NCBI RefSeq assembly: GCF_018350175.1
Contig: NC_058383.1
Span: 19,532,001-19,596,000 of the forward strand
Direction: 5' to 3'
Length of the DNA: 64,000 nucleotides
Origin: Felis catus
Taxonomy: Eukaryota
The notes beneath the pieces were generated by a model, which saw nothing but the letters and a program-made list of their open reading frames with translations, did no database searches and was not told the DNA's origin. The translations under genes and the position numbers were made by a program. How positions within the stretch are numbered: position 1 is the first letter of the stretch; each line of letters begins with the position of its first letter. Below are positions 27,174-38,789 of the stretch, piece by piece.

Positions 27174-27663
27174 GACCTCTTGGAGTACCACCAGGTGGTG
27201 GAGGTCGGCGGCAACACTGTTCGCCTGGTGGCCATGGCCTCTGCCCAGCCCTGGCTCCTGCACTCGGTGCGGCTAAAAGGCAAAAAGGAGGATGTGGACG
27301 CTCAAAGAGAAGACCCCCGGAGCCCCCGGAGCACCAAGAGGCGTGCCAGCTGGACGAGCAGCGATGTGGCCCATCAGGGTGGGGAAACCGACCTGGAGAG
27401 TCCCCAGAAGCCCCCCGCTAAGAGGCCCGCGCTCCAGGATGTGCGCTTGGCCCTGAGCCCCAGGCCCAGAGCAGAAGAGGAGCCGGAAGCCCCGGCGCCT
27501 GCTCCGCCGGCAGCTCCCGGAGACGCGGGCGTGAGGGAGCCTGCCCCGGGGGCGCTGGAGGCCGGGCGAGAGTTCCAAGAGAATCTGAGGGCAGCCAGCC
27601 CTCTAGGCCAGGAGCCGCTGAGCTGCCAGGCCCAGCTTCCAGAGGGATCTGAAGACCCCAGAG
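27174..27663 (+). CDS. GTF3C1: GTF3C1 exon ([13 protein letters not shown]...EGSEDPR; low-complexity linker)
   Basis: ctcctag|GAC, G|gtaccg. Confidence 0.9.
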
Positions 27664-28327
27664 GTACCGAGCCTTGTCGCCCGCCCACCCTCCCCCACCT
27701 GCCCATTCTCTGCCCTCGGGTCCGAGCAGTCCCCACAGGCCGCCGGGAACCTGCCCCCGGCCACAGAAGGCGGTTGCCTCCAGCCTTTCCTGTCTCTGCG
27801 TAGAAAGGTCTCGCCTGCATCCGCTTACTGCTTCCACTAGAGGGCTTCAGACTCCTCAGTGGGGGTGGGGGTTCTAAGCGTGGTCACCGGGGTGCTTCTG
27901 GAGGGCTGTGTGTGCCAAGGTGTCCCGTGCGAGGGAGCGGTGCCTGAAATAGGAGGCGTCTCGCTTTCCGTTGGGACCGGCTGACGCACGGGGACTGAAA
28001 CCTCCCCCGTGGCGAAAGCGCTCCTGTCTGGGCTCAACGCGGGCCTCTTCACGGGGCTTCAGAAGGTCTTTGCCTGGGGTTTATGCACAGAGCTCTGCGG
28101 TCAGGGCTTCTGGGCGGGAGGGGCTCGCTTGGCTCCCCTTGTGGGGGCTCCTCGGGGCCCTGGGAACACCCCTCACACTCGCACGCCGTGGCCCAACCCG
28201 GCTTCGTTCTGGGTGTGCCGGCTTTGTTCCCTCAGCCCCAGAGCCCGCACGTGCGTGTCGCACGGAGGGAGGAGGAAGAGGCGGACTCCGCCCCTTAGTC
28301 TCCCTTGTCCTTTCCCTCTCCTGTCAG

Positions 28328-28379
28328 GTTCGGCAGAGAGTTCTGTGGCCGGCGGCCTGTCCCAGGCAGCATGGGAAAA
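28328..28379 (+). CDS. GTF3C1: GTF3C1 short exon (SAESSVAGGLSQAAWE)
   Basis: ctgtcag|GT, AA|gtgagt; bridges phase 1 to phase 2. Confidence 0.85.
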
Positions 28380-29172
28380 GTGAGTGTGTGCCCAGATTCG
28401 GGGGGCCTGGGTGGGGCATGGGTGCGACGGTGGGGAGTATGCCCCAGGGTCCCCGTAGCGATCATCACGTGGAGGTGGTTCACAGTCGGGCACAGTGGTT
28501 CTCGGCAGGGGGGACCTGCAGACTCATGGCACGTTGTCCCGCTTGCTGGGGGCACAAGGCAGGAGCTTCTCGCGTGCGGTGGGCGAGGGCCCGAGGTGTG
28601 GGCTTCTGCAGTGTGGGTCCATCTGGAACCATGGCCTTTCTGGTGGGGGGGCACCCCCACAAGTGCGTACGCGGCCCTCAGCTTGGTGGGGCCGAGCGTC
28701 CTCGGCTCAGATGCAGCCCTTCCAGGGCCCAGGCAGGGCAGGCAGAGCCAAGTGTCCAGCCGATGCCGGGCCTGTCCTGTGCCTGGACCCCGCGCGGCAG
28801 ACCGGTCCAGGGGATAGGGGGCGGGGGGGCTGCCAGATATGACATGGAAGTAGAGCTTCCACATAAGGACCCCAGCTTGGCCCAGTGTACAGGCAGCCAT
28901 TGCCTCAGGGTCCGGGATGGAGCTGGTGAATCCAGAAATTGAAGCTCTTTTCCGTCCCCAGCCAGTGGGGGTCCGGCGGGGGGCTCATCGAGGCCTCGGT
29001 TGAGGCTGAGGGGGAACGGGTCCCCTCGGCCGGTGATCCTGGGCCCCGGGGCCGGGACTCCTCTGTCCAGTGGGAAGGGCCTCGGCGTCCCATCTGGGGA
29101 GCGGTGGGTCCGCGCGTCAGCGAGCCTGTCCCCTCGCCCGCCAAGCCCGACAGCGGACTGCCGTCCCCGCAG

Positions 29173-29365
29173 GGACTGCGAGGGCATCTCGTTCGTCGCC
29201 CGCCCGTGGCGCATCGTGGACGGCCACCTGAACGTGCCGGTGTGCAAGGGCATGATGGAGGCCGTCCTCTACCACATCATGACCAGGCCCGGCATTCCCG
29301 AGACCTGCCTGCTGCAGCACTACCAGGGCGTCCTGCAGCCCGTCGCCGTGCTCGAGCTGCTCCAG
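29173..29365 (+). CDS. GTF3C1: GTF3C1 exon ([17 protein letters not shown]...VLELLQ)
   Basis: cccgcag|G, CAG|gtgcgg. Confidence 0.93.
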
Positions 29366-29499
29366 GTGCGGCCGGGCCGTCGGGGGGGTTTCTAGGATGG
29401 GCCTGAGGGTGCCGAGACTCCCCCCACCCCCCCCAGAGAGTCCTACCCCCCAGCCCTGCTGAGGGACATGTACTCCCCACCTTCCCATGAGCCCCACGC

Positions 29500-29606
29500 C
29501 TGTGTCCTGTCCCGGCCCTGGGGCCCTGTGTCCTGCCCCGGCCCTGGGGCCCTGTGTCCTGCCCCGGCCCTGGGACTCTGTCTCCTGCCCCGGCCCTGGG
29601 GCCCTG
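29500..29606. repeat. 26-bp GC-rich minisatellite (4 units) in the last GTF3C1 intron
   Basis: Unit ctgtgtcctgccccggccctggggcc. Confidence 0.92.
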
Positions 29607-29678
29607 CAGCTCCCAGGATGGGGCAGAGGATGCGATCCACAGGTAAGCCCGCCAACCTGGGTGTCCCGCTGTCTCCAG

Positions 29679-29891
29679 GGCCTGGAGTCGCTCGGCTGCA
29701 TTAAGAGGTGCTTGCTGAGAAAGCCCGCGGCCGTCTCTCTCTTCTCCAAGCCCCGGGTCCAGGAGGCCCAGGCGCCCTCCAGCTTGAGCGACAGCCCCAC
29801 GGTGTTCTACGAACCCACGCTGGACTGCACCCTGCGACTGGGCCGCGTGTTCCCCCACGAGGTCAACTGGAACAAGTGGATCCACTTATGA
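29679..29891 (+). CDS. GTF3C1: GTF3C1 terminal coding exon ([10 protein letters not shown]...NWNKWIHL*)
   Basis: ctccag|GGC acceptor, TGA stop ending at 29891. Confidence 0.94.
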   Translation, partial: GLESLGCIKRCLLRKPAAVSLFSKPRVQEAQAPSSLSDSPTVFYEPTLDCTLRLGRVFPHEVNWNKWIHL

Positions 29892-30832
29892 GGCGCGTGC
29901 GGTCACCACGACCCCCCTTCGCACCACTGGCTCCTGAGGAGGGGCTGACCGGTGGGGGGGAGGGCTCCACTTCGCCCCCGCGCGCACCCCACCCTGTCCA
30001 GCGCACAGGGGCAGGTCAGCGCCAAGCCTCCCCTCCGGCCCGAAACTCAGAAGAGGGCCACTCGCCTGCCCGCCCCAGGGCTCCCTCCGGCTGGCCTGAC
30101 ACCCCGCTAGGTCCCAGCGGGAGCTGTCGGGGAGCAACCGCCAGGAGACTCCGGCCCCCACTCTCCCCCTCTTGTTCCCAGGGCATCTCGGCCCTTGCTG
30201 CCCGCACAGACACTGCCCTCGACGCTGCAGCCTGCCTCCTCTGGGGGGGCCGGGTTGTGGCGAGTTTGAGCGGCCCTCGTGGGCCTGGACTCCGAGGGCT
30301 TCCGAGTTGTGGCCGCCGTTGGGGAACAGAGCCGCCTGCCCGGGCCCCTGGATCTTCGGTGTGGACCTCAGCCTCATTGTCCTTTGGCCGGTGAGAGATC
30401 GGGAGCCCACGCCGCTCATGCCTCCGATGCAGATTACAGCCACCGTGGCAGAAAGCCCGAGTGCCCTGAGTGGCAGGGCCCCGGCGGGGACTTCCTCCGC
30501 TCCAGGCAGGACATCTGACCCAGCCACCCAGAGAGGACCCTGCGCTTCCCTTTTTATTAGCCTGGCGAGCCGCCCGGCAAGCCTGCAGCGGGATGGGTGC
30601 TCCTTCCTGCTGGCTTGCAGCCCAGCAGCCATGGAGGCCTTGGATTTGTTTGTTCTTTTCACCTCTTTTCTCTTTAAAAAAAAAAAAAAAAAAAAAATCT
30701 CTTGGCATGTATTTATTTTGGTGTTTTTTTTTTTTAATTAAAGTGAAGTCAAATGCATTTAGTTTGATGTGTTTCCTAGAGACTCTCTGATCCCCTGGGG
30801 GATCCCCTGCTTCCACTTGCAGAACAGCCAGA

Positions 30833-30838
30833 AATAAA
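30833..30838 (+). terminator. GTF3C1 poly(A) signal AATAAA (variant ATTAAA at 30737-30742)
   Basis: First canonical hexamer after the stop, about 0.95 kb downstream, preceded by a U-rich/UGUA region. Confidence 0.7.
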
Positions 30839-31969
30839 TGTTCCCAGTAGAACCAGAGGAAGAGGGGGTGGCCAGCCCTGGGCACCGCCTCGCCCGCCTG
30901 CCTCTGCCCTGAGAGCCTTTCTTCTCAGCTGGGCCCGGGCCTGTCCTTGACAGAAGTGACTGGAGGTATGCCAGGCCAGCAGGCTGCAGAGGTCACAGGC
31001 CTGTAGTGTGGGTTTAGGGAATGAAGTTCTCTTTCGCTCTCTTCCCTCCACTCCCCTTCTTCCTTCCGTGTGTGTGTGCGCATGTGTTAATTGCCAACAT
31101 TTTTAAAAAATTGGGCATTTCACATTTTTTAAAAATCCAGAGTTTTACTTTCTTAAAAAAAATGGAGAGATCCAGCAACAACTGTATCCACAGCCAGAAG
31201 TGTGGCACATGCCCCCCTGGTCCCCAGGGTCCTGGCCCGGGCCCGGCCACATGCCCACCAGCTTCTCCAACTTAAAAAGCAGCCCATCTGGGCCATGTCT
31301 GACCTGCAGCACCTGACCTGGCCCAGCTCATGGCCCAGTGTCTCTATCCTGGGACCTGGACCCTGGACCCTGGTCACTCCGGGCCAGACTCCAGGGTGAC
31401 AAAGGGCAGGATGGGGCACAGGGTGGGGAGTCAGGGTGAACCCCAGCACAGCCAAGAGCGGGCCACGTCTTACCATCATTTTTTTTTCTTTTCTCATTTT
31501 TACTCAAATGTAAAAAATAGCATTTAGGGGGATTTTTTGAGATCAAATAGAATAAGAAGTGTTATCTGCTCTACAAACAGAAAATACTTTACAAATGCCA
31601 GGTGCTTCCTTTGGGAACACATCATGTGGTAGAAGGAAGGTGGGGTCATGGGAACCCAGTGTTGACATTCACATCTCAGAGCCTTAGTTTTCTCACTTGA
31701 AAAATGGGGTAGACTACCTCTCATGGGAGGACCAGATACACTGAAGAACTCCCAACTGTGAGCACATGGTAGGGTTCAGCAAAGTTTATCTTCTCTTTTC
31801 TTTCTCTCCTGCCCCCTGCCCAGATGAATGATGGTTTGGGCCTGTGTTTGGGGGTTAGCACATAGGGATGAAGGGTGCAGCCCTCTGGTGGAGAGATGGG
31901 CTTCTGTGACCACTATTTCACACTCCACAGCCAGCCATTCTGTGCAAGGATGATCTGTTCCTCCCACTA

Positions 31970-32668
31970 CCTACCTGTGCATCTGTCCATCTGTCCATCC
32001 ACCCATCCATCCATCTGTCCATCCACCCATCCATCCACTTGCCCACCCACCCATCAATCCACCCATCCACCCACCTACCCATCCATCCATCCACCCACCC
32101 ACCCATCCACCTACCCATCCACCCATCTACCCATCCACCCATCCACCCATCCACCCATCCATCCATCCACCCATCCGCCCACCCATCCACTTGCCCATCC
32201 ATCCATCTGTCCACCCGTCCACCCATCCATCCATCCACCCATCCACTTGCCCATCCTCCCATCCATCCATCCATCCATCCATCCACCTACCCATCCATCC
32301 ATCCACCCACCCATCCACTTGCCCATCCATCCATCTGTCCACCCATCCATCCATCCACCCATCCACTTGCCCATCCTCCCATCCATCCATCCATCCACCT
32401 ACCCATCCACCCATCTACCCATCCACCCATCCACCCATCCATCCATCCACCCATCCACCCATCCACCCATCCACTTGCCCATCCTCCCATCCATCCATCC
32501 ATCCACCTACCCATCCATCCATCCATCCACCCATCTACCCACCCACCCATCCACCCATCCACCCATCCACCCATCCATTCATCCATCCATCCATCCAACC
32601 ACTCACTCACCCACCCAGTCATCCAGCCACATCCATCCATCCACTCAAGTTCATCCATCCATCCTTCC
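31970..32668. repeat. (CCAT/CCAC)n simple repeat, about 700 bp
   Basis: Direct reading; source of the spurious HPSI and MDGW ORFs. Confidence 0.95.
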
Positions 32669-33813
32669 AAGTTCTACAAAGTGTTCTAGGAACCACAGCA
32701 GAGACCAGAAGGTCTGAGCACAGATGCCTTCAGGGGTCAAGCAGGTAACATAAATGACAGGAAGAGGAGCCCTGTGTTAAATATGAGCGCTAAGGAGTGG
32801 TAGAGGCTGTGGAAGACTAAAGTGTGTGTGTGTGAAGGGTGGGAAGAGTTCACGTTTGGACTGAGCAGCAAAGGCGGGGGTGAGGAGGGACGCTGAGCCC
32901 AGAGGGCAGACATCCTGTTCACCCTGGCCTGCCCCTCACTGGAGGCTGGCACCACAGGGCCCGGACACCCGTGCCTCTGTCTTCTTGGTGTCCCCAACCT
33001 GCAACATGGTAATCCAGTCTCTTTAAAACACTTAAAACAGTACAGTAAGACTTAAGCCTCCGAGTTCCTTTCCCCTGAAGACCTTTTTCTTTGTGCTTCC
33101 CTTTTATGCGCCCCTGGAACACGGGCCTGTGATGCCATTTTTACATAAAATGTCCCAGGGATAAAGCTCACTCCGCTCCCCCCGTGGGGTCCCTGGCACA
33201 CCCACACATCACATCTCCCGCTAACCGGCAGGAGTCCCCGGCACAGGCCCCCATGTCCTGAATGTCCCCCCTCCTTTCCCTGGGGGTGAGCACCGTCGTT
33301 CCTGGTTTCCCCCACCGAGCACCCTGGCAGCTGCCTCCCCGAACTCCGCCTCCCTTCTTGTCCAGCCCTCCTGGGTGCCTCCACCTGAGTCCTTCTTCCT
33401 CCCCTTCCTGCCTCGTTTCTCACCTGGGCTGAGAGTGATCTCTGCCTTCTGACCCTTGACCCACTTCTGCCAGAGATTTTCCAGTTGTGCTTGTATGCGT
33501 GGATCTGTGTGCAGACGTGTAGGTGTGTGGACGTGCATGTGCGTGGGTGTGCGTGCACACGTGTGATCTCCCTGCTTGGTGAGATTTCACCACCCCCACC
33601 CTCCAGGGCCCTGTGCGTGTCCAGCCGCCCAACGCGTAGCAGTCAGCCCGTGTTGAATTAACGAAAGAACCCCATCAGCTCACTTTGTGTCCTCACCCCC
33701 ATATTCCCACTGCGGAGGGTTGCTGTGACCATTGTACAGGGCCATATAAGCCACCTGACCCCAGCCTGAGGCCGCTGCCCTCCAGGGAGACGTCAGCCTA
33801 GTTCCAGTGGTCA

Positions 33814-33829
33814 CCAGCAGGTGGCAGCA
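33814..33829 (+). promoter_or_regulatory. CTCF core motif CCAGCAGGTGGCAGCA
   Basis: Matches CCASYAGRKGGCRS; motif only, binding not shown. Confidence 0.55.
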
Positions 33830-33902
33830 CTGTTCGCTGCTCGTTCAGCGGACTCTCCAGAGGTCTGTCCAGCCTGGGCTTCGGTTGAGATCAAATCTCA
33901 GC

Positions 33903-33953
33903 CTCTTGCCACTAAAGATGGGGGAAATCTCTTGCCACTAAAGATGGGGGAAA
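33903..33953. repeat. 26-bp perfect tandem duplication
   Basis: ctcttgccactaaagatgggggaaa at 33903 and 33929. Confidence 0.93.
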
Positions 33954-34139
33954 GACCCCATGGTGTGAGCAACAGGGGAGGGTCTCCTGCTCCATTTACA
34001 GACTTCCAAGCAGGCCCCTGTCTTCATCTCTGTATCCCATTCTGTGGCACTTCCAGGGTCGGGGCCAGGTGGCCCTCTCCTGGTCTCGGTCCCCTCCTTC
34101 CTCTCTGCCCACTGCCTTGTCAGAGGATATTCTGCCTTT

Positions 34140-34700
34140 GATTGATTCACTCACTCACTCATTCACTCATTTACTCAGTATTTGCTGAGCACCTGCTCTA
34201 TGCCAGGTGCTATTCTAGACTCTGAGACATAGAAGTGAATGAAACAGACAAGACCCGGGGCGCCCGGGTGGCTCAGTCGGTTAAGCATCTGACTCTTCAT
34301 TTTCGCTCAGGTCATGATCCCAGGGTCACGGGATCGAGTCCTGCGTCGGGCTCCCTGCTGAGCATGGAGCCTGCTTGGGATTCTCTCTCTCTCCCTCTCT
34401 CTCTGCTCCTCCCCCACCCTCTGAAAATAAACATTTTAAAAAAATTGTAAAAGAAAGCAAAGAGCAAAATTATCTTTAACAACAACAAAAATCCCAAAAA
34501 ACAAACAAACAAAAAAAGACAAACCCCTGTGCTAGTGGGATAGACAGTAAAGAAAATAAATCAAAGATATAGTTTAGAGCTTAATAAAAGGTTATGGAAA
34601 GAAAGAAAACTATGTCGGCGGGGGGTGCTTTGGCTTTGAGTGAGGGGCCCTGGGCAGGTCCTGCTGAGAAGGTGACATCTGAGCGGAGACGTGGTTCCTC
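34140..34700 (-). mobile_element. LINE-2 3' fragment split by a + strand CanSINE (34257-34517)
   Basis: cattcactcatttactcagtatttgctgagcacc..tatgccagg is the L2 tail; SINE head begins at 34257. Confidence 0.75.
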
Positions 34701-35194
34701 TTGTTTCCTATTCCAGGGTTGATGTTTCTTGACTGCAGAAGATCCCTCTCCCGTTTCCTTCCCACTGAGAACGCAGCTTGCCTCCTCCTGCCTTCTGGGT
34801 GTGATGGGCTCCCGGGACGGGAAATGCATGTGCTGACTCTCCCATCTTTCCTGTCCCCGGATTTTCCGAGAAACGTCCGGAGCAGCCGCGGTTGGATGTG
34901 CCCTACACGGTTCCGGTGGCCAGTCCCAGGTGGGAAGGGGGCAGAGGCTTCCCCTGCAACAGGGAGCCTCCAGGAAGAGGCTCTGCCCCTGCTCTGCTTT
35001 CTTGTGTGTTGGCCTCATCCCAGGTGAGCGGTCCCTCCCAGCAAGCTGAGGGACTGATGGCTGTCCCCCACCCCCTGCCCAACGACGACGGGGAAATTGA
35101 GGCTCAGAGACAAAGAGCGACAGCCCAAGGCTGTTCGTGAGATGGGACGGAACCTGGTCCTCTGGTCTCAGGTCGGGAGGGGAGTCCTCACGAG

Positions 35195-35830
35195 GCTAGG
35201 ACACTCCCCACTGCAAGTGACACAAAACCATCTCAAACCCACGGAGGCCAAAAAGGGAAACTCACGGCCCCTCAGCCCAGTCGGGCCAGGCTGGGTTGTG
35301 CTGAGCTAACAAGCAGCCCCCTAATCTTGGTAGGTTACAACAGGGATTTAGTTCTCACTCACGACTCGTGTCCCTCTCGGGGGACCTGGAGACTCCGCTC
35401 TCCGTGTCTCCTGATGGAGCAGCCCCCAGCTCACCCGTCACGGTGGCAGGGAGGAACAGCGCTCTGGAGGACATCACGATGGTCAGGGAAATGCTCTGGT
35501 CCAGAAGTGAGACCTCACCACTTCTCCTTACGACTCACTGGCCAGTCCCGGTCACGTGGTACCACACAAGAGGAACCAGAGAGGGAAGAGCTGGAAATAC
35601 TTGGTCAACAGCATAATGACTTCCGCACCCGTGGTTTCAGGCATGGCTGGATCCAGGAGCTCAAGGGGTATTACCAGGAATCTCTCTCCACTCCCGGCTC
35701 TGCTTGCTTGGGGGTTGGCCTCATCCCAGGGGAACTGTTCCTTCCTGGTGCCCCCCACCCTGCCCCGCGGCCCCAGGCTTTGTTTAGTCCGTCCTATCCT
35801 TCAGTGGTTCCAGCAGAAAGAGCACCCTGA
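35195..35830 (-). mobile_element. MLT1-type (MaLR) LTR remnants, probably two nested
   Basis: tgcaagtgacacaaaacc.., ggctgggttgtgctgagctaacaagcagcccc.. and tcaggcatggctggatccagg resemble recalled MLT1 motifs. Confidence 0.55.
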
Positions 35831-36070
35831 GCTGCTCGGGTCATGTGCATGTCCCTGAGCCAGCAGCACGGCTGGGAGGGGCACAGAAGGCTCTGTCAGC
35901 CAGGCCCGGGTCATGGAGTGGCCACTCCCAGAGCTGGGGTCAGCAGCCCCACATGGACGCCGCACAGGCAGGAACGACAGGCAGCCTCGGGTGTTTGCTG
36001 AGAGTTTGTTACCTCTTGACCTCGGTCCCTTCCAGCAGAGCAGAGCTGTGCTTGGGACCAGGAGACTAGA

Positions 36071-36380
36071 GCCCCAAGTGGGGCTCGAACACAAGAACCC
36101 TGAGATCGTGACCTGAGCCGAAGTCGGATGCTTAACCCACTGAGCCACCCAGGCGCCCCGATCCTCCTGACTCTTAAAAGAGTCTTAGCGGGGTTGAGCG
36201 TCTGACTCTCGATCTCAGCTCGGGTCATGGTCTCGTGGTTTGTGGGTTCGAGCCCAGTGTCGGGCTCCGTGCTAACGGGAAGGAGCCTGCTTGACATTCT
36301 GTCTCTCCTCCTCTCTGCCCCTCGCTTGTTCGTGCTCTCTCTCTCTCTCAAAATAAACTTAAAAGAGAGAGAGAGAGAGA
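36071..36380. mobile_element. Two partial CanSINEs head-to-head (- at 36071-36159, + at about 36190-36380)
   Basis: Consensus fragments in opposite orientation. Confidence 0.85.
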
Positions 36381-37726
36381 CTCATTGGCAATTCTGGCCT
36401 CGCCTTCCCCACCTGCAGATGCTCAGGGCTCCAACATACCTCCAGGTCCTTCCTCAACCTCTTCCTTCTGCCTGAAGGGCTGGTGAATCGAACAGCTCCT
36501 ATTCATATTTCAGAGTGCAACAAACACCACCTCCTCCATGAAGCCCCCCAGCCCCTCCTGATGCCCCTCTGGGCTCCCATCAGTGGGGCGTGCTGCCGGG
36601 GCTGGCCCGGCCCAGCCGGGAGAGTCGATGGCACGCCCCCCTTTCCCCATCCCGTTTAGAGTTGTCGGGTGAGTAGCTGGGAATCGGCCGTCTACACCAT
36701 GGAAATCAGCACATGCCACACACTATACAAATCGGGCTGTTTTGAGGGGCTCGGATGTGCCGGGCTGCAGATGGAACAGTGAACAAAATCGAGCAAGTCG
36801 CCCTCGTGGAGCTTAGAGTCGACTTGGCGTCTTTGTCTCCAGCTCCTGTTTCCAGAGTTCTTCCTTCGAGGCTTTCGCTGTCCCTGTCTCCACCCATCCG
36901 TGCACCCACCGGCCCCTCTGTTGTCCATCCATCCACCTCTGCTCATCTGTCCTCCCAGGAGGGCCAGCTCTTCCTCTGTTTTGCACCCGAGTTTAGGAGC
37001 GGAGTCCCCTTCAGAGACAGAGGCAGTGAGGAGCCGTGGCAGGGCCAGGCCCGAGCCCCCCACCAAGCCCCAGGCCTGGCCTCCGTGACCCTGGTGCCCC
37101 TCCCCTGCACCCCGGCCCAGAGCTCTGTCGGCTGGAGAGCTGGGCTGCCTCCCCAGGGAGCTGGTGGCTCAGGTGGCCCCTGGACCCCATTGCCCCCGAG
37201 AGGATGTGAAAACCACAGCACAACTTGGCCCAAGTGTCCCCGGGGGGGATGGTGGGGGATGGTGGGGGGTGGTGGGGGATGGGGAGGGCTGCTCGCATGA
37301 GCAGGGCCTCCGGTTTCAGACTCCAGCTCCTGTGTGAGCCTCGCTCACTTTGATCCCGGGTCCGCAGCCCCACGGTTGAAGCCATCAATGTTCTAGAACT
37401 TTCAGCACCAAGGAGTCTCATGTGTGACTCTCTCGGGGACTTCCCCAGTCACCCCATCTTACAGATGAGTCACAGCGAGCCTTTCAGCAGGACCGACTGA
37501 CATCTACCAACTTGTAGGTCAGATTCATCCAAGAGGAGAGACAAACCAGAGCTTTCTCCTTTAGAAAATGTCACCCTGCGACCTGGCCTCTGGGGACAAT
37601 GGCAGGAGGATGGGCTCAGACAGTTCCAGGCAGGAGTGGGGATGCCCCCAGGGCTCTGAGAGCAGCCCAGCTGAACCCCACTCTCTGCCTCCTTAACCCT
37701 GCTTGGTGGTCTTGAAAACATCTCTA

Positions 37727-38198
37727 GGGGCACCTAAGGGGCTACATCTGTTAAGCACCCGACTTTGGCTCAGGTCATGATCTCGGTTTGTGGGTTCAAG
37801 CCCCGCATCAGGCTCTGTGCCGACAGCTCGGAGCCTGGAACCCATTTCGAGTTCTGTGTCTCCCTCTGCCCCTCCCCTGTTCAGTCTCTCTCTCTCTCTC
37901 TCTCTCAAATATAAATAAACATTAAAAAAAATATTTTTTTTTTAAGGAAAAAGCCATCTCTAAAGGTGAGCACCCTGGGGCGCCTGGGTGGCGCAGTCGG
38001 TTAAGCGTCCGACTTCAGCCAGGTCACCATCTCGCGGTCCGTGAGTTCGAGCCCCGCGTCAGGCTCTGGGCTGATGGCTCGGAGCCTGGAGCCTGTTTCC
38101 GATTCTGTGTCTCCCTCTCTCTCTGCCCCTCCCCCGTTCATGCTCTGTCTCTCTCTGTCCCAAAAATAAATAAAAAAACGCTGAAAAAAAAAAAAATT
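37727..38198 (+). mobile_element. Two tandem CanSINEs (37727-37947 older; 37977-38198 young, TSD TAAAGGTGAGCACCCT)
   Basis: Consensus plus TSDs. Confidence 0.95.
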
Positions 38199-38783
38199 TA
38201 AAGGTGAGCACCCTTATTGGAAAAACGACCTATGTTCTTGTGGGGTTTTTTGTTGTTGATGTAAAAGTAGGGGGTGACTGATACCCAGCTCCCGTGCAAA
38301 GCTCATGTTCAGGAAGGTGCCTTCAAACGTGGCTAAGAAGTGTTTTCTTAGCTTCTTAATTCACATTTGAACAGGCTCTCTGATAAATCATCAACAAGAA
38401 CTCGACTTCCCCCTGAGTCCCCGGAGGGGAACGGAGGGCTACACCATCACTGCCGATTCCTGCCCGCCCCTCCCCCAAGGGAAGTTTCCACCCCCAGCGC
38501 TCCCCCCACCCCGCCGCTGGGTACCCCGGCACGTACTTGTGCCCCATGAATATTTCTTGGGTGCGTTAAAGGAATAACTAAGTGGGCAGCAGGAACCAGA
38601 AACAGAAATCTTGGTTGGTGGGGGCTGTTTCTAAGAGACAGGCTGATGTTAAGCCTGGAAACCCCCCGTGTGCCCCTCAGCCTGATGGGACAGCCCACAG
38701 GCGCCCGGGCTGTGGCTGATTTCTCAACCCCGCCCACCTCCAGCACCAGGCTTGGTCTGGGCAGTAGAAGGAAGGAAACTGAG

Positions 38784-38789
38784 TTTATT
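38784..38789 (-). terminator. Candidate IL21R poly(A) signal AATAAA
   Basis: tttatt on +, about 730 nt past the stop; usage unverified. Confidence 0.45.

Noticed and set aside
29500..29606. 26-bp repeats resembling a CRISPR array
   Set aside because: No unique spacers, and the context is a mammalian intron; it is a minisatellite.
27971..30885. 200-320 aa ORFs overlapping the GTF3C1 3' exons and UTR on both strands
   Set aside because: Stop-poor GC-rich DNA with non-ATG starts and no recognisable domain; the real exons explain the coding signal.
31875..32748. Long ORFs (280, 216, 185 aa; HPSIHP or MDGW repeats)
   Set aside because: They are translations of the (CCAT)n repeat, which lacks stops; no coding evidence. 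The same applies to 1476-1951.
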